Shown: positions 60,000 through 64,000 of the stretch, one piece after another
How positions within the stretch are numbered: position 1 is the stretch's first letter
Layout: each line of letters starts with the position of its first letter
DNA from: Raillietiella orientalis
Lineage: Eukaryota
NCBI GenBank assembly: GCA_036172245.1
Contig: JAYWIR010000043.1
Span: 1,240,001 to 1,304,000, forward strand
Direction: 5' to 3'
DNA length: 64,000 bases
Made by a program: the position numbers and the translations under genes
The notes under the pieces: model-generated
The model's input: only the letters and a program-made list of their open reading frames with translations
Told to the model about the DNA's origin: nothing
Databases searched by the model: none

Positions 60000-61480
60000 G
60001 GTGCAGCTCTAGCTAGTGGTGACTTGAGCAAGAAAAGCGTTTGCTTGTTGATCCGCCTTTCAAGATTTGCACGTACCGTTCTTTCTGAATGCACAAGCGA
60101 ATCCACGGATACGCAATTGACAGGGAAGTAAATAACGGGCGTGTGCGGAATTTCCCGGACGCGCTCTCTGGTCGCCAGCGCTAAGAGGACTGGAGGAAGA
60201 TGCTACTCGGCATCCGGATTCTCATGTGAACCATGAGAATTGTCACGTGATCTCTATATCTTCATTGCCGCGGAGAGGGCTGCTGAAAATATCACCAACT
60301 CGCATGTCTCAGGTGGAGGCAAGCAAATGGACAACGAAAACTGACACGGTTCATCTCTCTAGGGATAGGAATTTGTCTCAAGAGAGAGTGCTACAAATAT
60401 TCACACCTTTTTTGACATAGTACAGAGAAATATATCAAATGCAAGTAGATCTTTTCAGATTCACTCTTTTGCGAAGAATCTGATGCGAGACGAAGGCTGA
60501 TTATGTCTTCCGGTGCAGGTTGGTATCGTTTGTTTCAGCAAGGGCTGGTTGGAATACGTCTTTGCGCTGAAATGAGCCAGGCTGGACCATTCTGACAGTG
60601 TTGGAACAGAGCAAAAAGAACTCCGAAGGCCGTGGGATAGTGGCATCTCTTTCCAGATTTCACATATGAGCGTCGACAGAATTCTGACCAGTCTACATGA
60701 TGCCCACTTGTCACTTTTGAGGGATGCTTCATCAGCCTATCGGTTGCTGTAGCTACTGATTTCAGGGATGGTGGCGACTACTTCTGTCGTGGAATATAGG
60801 AACGGGCATGGGCATAAATGCACACTTTTAAATGAATGAAACCACAGTGGCTCCCCGCGCTGCGATGCACCCTTTTTTTCTTTAGAAGGCGATGTGGGTC
60901 AACGTGATTTGAGCCTCGCCTGAGGCGCCTAGCCCGAAGGTAATGGCATCGGTGCGCTGTTCACCTGCTATGCTTCGAGTTTGCAGCGTAGGCAACGGAG
61001 AGCCATAGTAGCGGGAATGCGCTTGAGTCGGTTTCCAAGATCAGTAATGAGTTTGTATGACCACTCACCTTTCCAATTGAGGAGGATTACGAACGATGCG
61101 AAAACACCCCACCTTAAATCAGACGCTAACCAATACTTTAAGTAAACAGATGTAGACTTTTAACAAGATCTTGCCTACCGCAAGATGGTAAACCGTTTTT
61201 ACGTTTATGCCGACTGCAAAGAACTTACTGAAGCATCTGTGTTTGAAAGAAAATACTCTACCGCTTCTCCGACTACGAAGAGAAGATTCACTGGAAGCAA
61301 CGTGCAAGCAATCCTCACAATGGGAGGATGGCTTGGATTCTTCACCTTTCTCTTCAGCTCAAATCATGCGTTATGCTCGAAGATGTCAGGCGGAGGATGA
61401 CCAGGTGTGTGCGATAAAACCTCCCATATCGTCGCTGTCAATGCAGTTTGAAATTTTACTTCAACAGGTGCAGACCTCAC
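60000..61480 (+). mobile_element. Decayed LINE RT fragment
   Basis: GGLRTM (~GxRQG), YVYADC (~YADD), FERKYSTAS (~FxxYSxASG). 5' boundary uncertain. Confidence 0.5.
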
Positions 61481-61499
61481 TTTGAGGGGCGTAGGAGTT

Positions 61500-62650
61500 C
61501 CGCGACGCTCCCAGATTGCGCGTTCTTCTCGAAGACTACCAGGTTTTCGAAACGACAAGCTGAAGGGATGCGGGCTCGATCGAAGGGGCGGGCTCGGGAA
61601 GGAGCAGCGTGCCGAGTGTGGCACCACTGCTTGCCGACCTGCACCCTTGCGCACCATCCTCCCCTCGACGCGAGGCTGAATGGAAGACGCGCCGCCTGGT
61701 AGCACGAACGCCGAGCTTGCGTGCAACGCTCGAGTCCCCCGATGGAGCAGGGGCGGTCTCGGGGGATGGGGGATGGGGGCGCAGTCTCACCGCCGGCCCC
61801 CGAGCACGTCGGTCTCCCATCCACGGGAGAGTGCAGGCGCGCGCGACCAGGTCGACGGAATGGGCAGGGGACTCGCCTTTCTGCTCCCTCGTACCCGCCC
61901 AAACAGACGACGGGGGCTTCGCACGCCATTCCTGTCGCTCGTTCCTCGTTTGCCCGCCCCCCCATTCAGAGAGGACTCTGGACGCCCGCTACTCGGTATC
62001 CCACTCTTTGCTGGCTACCGCCACCTGCCCGCCTGTCGGCCAGCGATCCGGAATGCGTGGTTGCAGGAAGCGGTCCGCGCCACCTGCAGGAGGCGCAAGT
62101 GCTCTGGAAACACTTGCACTTTGGCGACCGCTCCCCTGCGACCGGCTAACTGATTCCCTGCAAGAACAACGCTGCAGGAACAACGCGACTACGAGTCTGC
62201 GTGTGCAAGAAGCCACTCAGTTGCCTACCGGCCGGATGTGAGGTGCCCTGAGGAACTACAGAGGTCCAGCGCATCTCTTCGGAGGCGGGCGAGCGGCAGG
62301 GATGCTGAACGCGCAACGTGAGCGCGGCAGGGGCTGCTCCGGTGGAAAGATCACTCACTTCTTGTCGTGAGCCACACTTGCTAACAAACGTCAGCATGCA
62401 CGGTAATAGAAGAGGAAAGCTTTTGAATTTATGGATCCATCCGTATTTCCCCTGAGGTTCAGCAGGAACGGAATTTCTGCGCCAAACAGCAATCCACGGA
62501 AACGCGTCTGCAGATGAGAGGAGCTCCTCGATGCCATGACGACGAGAATTGCATCCGAGAAGGAGGAGGAATTCCGAACGCTCCTCACCGCATGCGCTCA
62601 CTTCCATATGGACAAATAAATATGCGAAATGATTTGTGAGTGTCGCTCGA
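61500..62650 (-). mobile_element. Probable decayed APE/linker fragment
   Basis: EERSEFLLLL (~ERxxFxxxL), SSADAF (~GDF), DGRPT (~GExPT); weak. Confidence 0.35.
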
Positions 62651-62699
62651 AAAGGCTCACACGAGTTACAAATTCCAAGATGAGCAAGCAAATTCCAAA

Positions 62700-63150
62700 T
62701 TGAACTTTCTCCAATTGTACACGATATATACATTACAATACAAGTCACCACGAAGTGGTTCCGCACACACGTGAGTTTTCAAAGTCTTCCCTACGTGGAA
62801 ATGGCGTCCATATGTGTGTGTCGTCTTCACGTCCAGATCGTAAACGAATCCTATGGAAACGTTCGTGGATACGCGCATTCATTTCCCTCCGATTGTGACC
62901 ACCCACGGCATGTACGTATAACCATAGAGAAACCCTCATCGTATTGTCGAAATGCATACACGGACGTGTTTCCGTATAAATACGTAAATAAATACATATA
63001 GAAATCTGTGCACATGTTCCGATGTCAGGATATATGTGCAGATACATATACATGGTCCTCTAAATATATATATATGTACACAGATATTTCCATACAGAGA
63101 ACTCTCTCCCTACGTACATTGAGAGCTTCATGTATACGGAGATATGGTGA
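62700..63150. other. AT-rich low-complexity spacer (TA/CATA-rich)
   Basis: ATATAT/ACAT runs, similar in character to 45700-46080. Confidence 0.7.
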
Positions 63151-63349
63151 CTTTTTTCTGATCGAAATTCCTACCCAACAACGACTGCAGGAAGCTGAAA
63201 AATGACTTTCCGTAAAGAACATCCATCCGTCGATTGAAAAGGTAAATTTACGGCAATCGTCATTTGTTTTCCAAAGATGAATTTCTCTCATTTTTACCCA
63301 ATCAGTTTTAATCAGCAATTCGTGGGAAATCATCTTCAATGTTTCCGAC

Positions 63350-64000
63350 ATGTTGAGTCCAATGCGCTAAACTAGGATTACCAATCAATTCACCACCAAC
63401 CTTCGGAAATGCTCACCAAACATCCCTTTTCCTTTCGGTCCGAGTGGTTGCGTTCTGACAGTCACGTGCACAAAGGTGCATGGGAGGTGGAGGCAGAGAT
63501 CATCCGGAAACACGGAATCCGAGCTCCCGGAAGCATCGTAGGAATTGGCACGCGGAGGAGCACATTGCACCCATCAGCCACACACACAAGAGCGCACCTA
63601 CACGAGGGTAGGAGGGTGTGGTTAGAGAAACGACATCATCATCTTCGTCCAAACTCGCCAGGATTCCAAAGCTCAGCTGTTGTTGTTTGGATTGGGAAGG
63701 CGTTCACCAAAATGGTCCACGCTTTGGTTGCATCCCATACACGTGCAGGGGTGCTAAGTTTCCCTTCTTCGCAAAGGCAGAACCCGTGGGAGAGGCAGGA
63801 ACGACATGACCGCAAACATGCAGAGGTACAGCAACAGGTGTTGCTCCCGGTACACGCGAGACGTGCGCACGAACGTACGTACAGTGCAAGGAGTGGGGTG
63901 GGGCCATCTGCTTGCGACAAATTCTGGAAAATGGTCATCCTATGGAACACGTGTGAAGTGCAGGTCTCCTGAATTCCCAAAAGACTGCCATTCTCAAAGA
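63350..64000 (+). mobile_element. Decayed LINE RT fragment running off the window
   Basis: VVVWIGKAFTKMVH (~LDxxKAFDxVxH), SACDK (~SAYADD), AGLLNSQKT (~SGLxINxxKT). Confidence 0.55.

Noticed and set aside
1..64000. CRISPR array, tRNA/rRNA/snRNA genes, hammerhead or HDV-like ribozymes
   Set aside because: No short regularly spaced repeats. The CTGATGA/CTGACGA hits I inspected lacked a hammerhead core. Reading by eye could miss small RNAs, so an Infernal/tRNAscan run is needed to exclude them.

Overview
This looks like eukaryotic DNA, probably from an invertebrate; the host cannot be determined from the sequence. I see no operons, rRNA, tRNA or CRISPR arrays, and most of the ORF track is noise. 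Four components explain the window. (1) Dozens of heavily decayed fragments of L1/Tx1-type non-LTR retrotransposons (ORF1 zinc knuckle, APE endonuclease, RT, zf-RVT tail), recognised by eye from degenerate motifs, with approximate boundaries. They appear to alternate in strand throughout. (2) A cluster of intronless ankyrin-repeat genes with a C-terminal PRANC/F-box-like domain, the poxvirus/Rickettsiales effector architecture: four intact ORFs, one frameshifted and 5'-truncated copy, and one antisense 3' fragment. Paralogues differ in a mosaic, mostly amino-acid-changing pattern. (3) A ~1.5 kb endogenous CRESS-DNA virus with a disabled rep, a stem-loop origin carrying GAGTATTAC, and a divergently oriented Arg-rich capsid N-terminus. 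Its rep 3' end abuts the start of a LINE ORF2. (4) Three near-identical segmental duplications: a 2.8 kb direct repeat and inverted repeats with 2.6 kb and 4.3 kb arms. The ANK genes and the virus mostly sit at head-to-head junctions between outward-pointing LINE relics. A perfect 13-8-13 palindrome lies at 47766-47799.
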